Positions 63,263-64,000 of a stretch of DNA of 64,000 nucleotides are shown here, in pieces. The position numbers and the translations under genes are program-made. Under the pieces are notes generated by a model. The model was not told the DNA's origin. It did no database searches and saw only the letters and a program-made list of their open reading frames with translations. Every line of letters starts with the position of its first letter. Position 1 is the first letter of the stretch. Source of the DNA: a bacterium (GTDB lineage Bacteria > SAR324 > NAC60-12). The stretch spans positions 3,136,001 to 3,200,000 of the forward strand of contig OZ242383.1 of the NCBI GenBank assembly GCA_965209155.1, in the 5' to 3' direction.

Positions 63263-64000
63263 ATGAGCTATGATCTGATTATCAAGAACGGCACCGTTGT
63301 GGACGGTTCTGGAGCAGAACCCTTTCTGGCGGATGTCGCCATCAAAGGAGACCAAATCGTCGAGATTGGCAATGTCGATGGAAAAGGCAAACAGGAAATT
63401 CAAGCCGACGGTCTCATCGTCTCGCCGGGTTTTGTCGATTTGCACACACACCTGGACGCGCAGGTCGGCTGGGATCCTCAACTCACCTCTGTGAGTTGGC
63501 ATGGGGTTACGACTGCGCTACTCGGCAACTGCGGGGTCACCTTTGCTCCATGCAAAGCAGCCGACCGCGAATACCTGGCGGGGATGATGGAAACGGTAGA
63601 GAACATTCCCAAGCAAGCCATCCTGCAGGGATTGCCCTGGAATTGGGAGTCCTATGGGGGCTACCTGGATGCGTTGGAATCCATGAAACCGTCTATCAAC
63701 ATCTGCGGGTTGGTGGGGCATTGCGCGACACGCTTTTACGTCATGGGCGAGCGAGCGGTTGAAGAGCAGGCGACGGAGGAAGAGATTCGTCAGATTGCCG
63801 GGTTAGCAGGCCAGTCTGTCAAAGAAGGGGCCGTCGGTTTCTCGACCAATCGTTTTCCTCCACACCGTCTACCGGACGGTCGTTCCATCCCGGGCACTTT
63901 TGCGGATCGCGCTGAATTGAGAGCGGTTGCGAAAGAAGTTGGAGCCTTTGGAGGCATCATGCAAACCGTGTCCGATTTTAGCGATTTTGAAGCAGAGATG
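63263..64000 (+). CDS. N-acyl-D-amino-acid deacylase family amidohydrolase, runs off the right edge
   Basis: Translated by hand: MSYDLIIKNGTVVDGSG..ADVAIKG..SPGFVDLHTHLD..HGVTT..GNCG. Confidence 0.92.
   Translation, partial: MSYDLIIKNGTVVDGSGAEPFLADVAIKGDQIVEIGNVDGKGKQEIQADGLIVSPGFVDLHTHLDAQVGWDPQLTSVSWHGVTTALLGNCGVTFAPCKAADREYLAGMMETVENIPKQAILQGLPWNWESYGGYLDALESMKPSINICGLVGHCATRFYVMGERAVEEQATEEEIRQIAGLAGQSVKEGAVGFSTNRFPPHRLPDGRSIPGTFADRAELRAVAKEVGAFGGIMQTVSDFSDFEAEM

Overview
A 64-kb bacterial chromosome segment. Gene content and rRNA style suggest a deltaproteobacterial-type organism, possibly SAR324-like; this is inference and was not checked against a database. The left ~21 kb is accessory. 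It holds a catabolic patchwork (SDR, TauD-like and PhyH-like 2OG/Fe(II) dioxygenases, cupin, a very GC-rich Zn-ADH, and a sugar ABC transporter lacking its ATPase) behind a candidate sigma-54 promoter with three palindromic enhancer-like sites. Next come a complete 3.7-kb four-gene IS21-family element (TIRs plus a CTCGA target duplication) and a 5'-truncated rpn gene with an intact internal RpnS-type start. Then follows a ~2080-aa protein in which an integrase arm-binding domain is fused in frame to a pseudokinase-STAND-GAF-PAS-sigma54 activator, directly downstream of two 95-bp direct repeats that look like integrase arm sites. The middle holds alr, an Slt-type transglycosylase, tilS, an MtnN-like nucleosidase, queG and a ~5200-aa exported TPR-like protein built from 47 tandem 90-aa (270-bp) units. 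The right part holds trpF, a complete rRNA operon (16S-23S-5S, no tRNA in the spacer), tRNA-Leu(CAA), thiolase, gamma-carbonic anhydrase-like protein, ilvD, a four-gene Tat/Fe-S redox operon, glnB, a catalytically degenerate XerC/D-like protein, folK, folB/folX and a partial D-aminoacylase. The strongest candidates for undescribed biology are the giant solenoid protein, the arm-domain-fused enhancer-binding protein with its upstream repeats, the accessory genes and internal repeats of the IS21 element, and the dead Xer paralogue.
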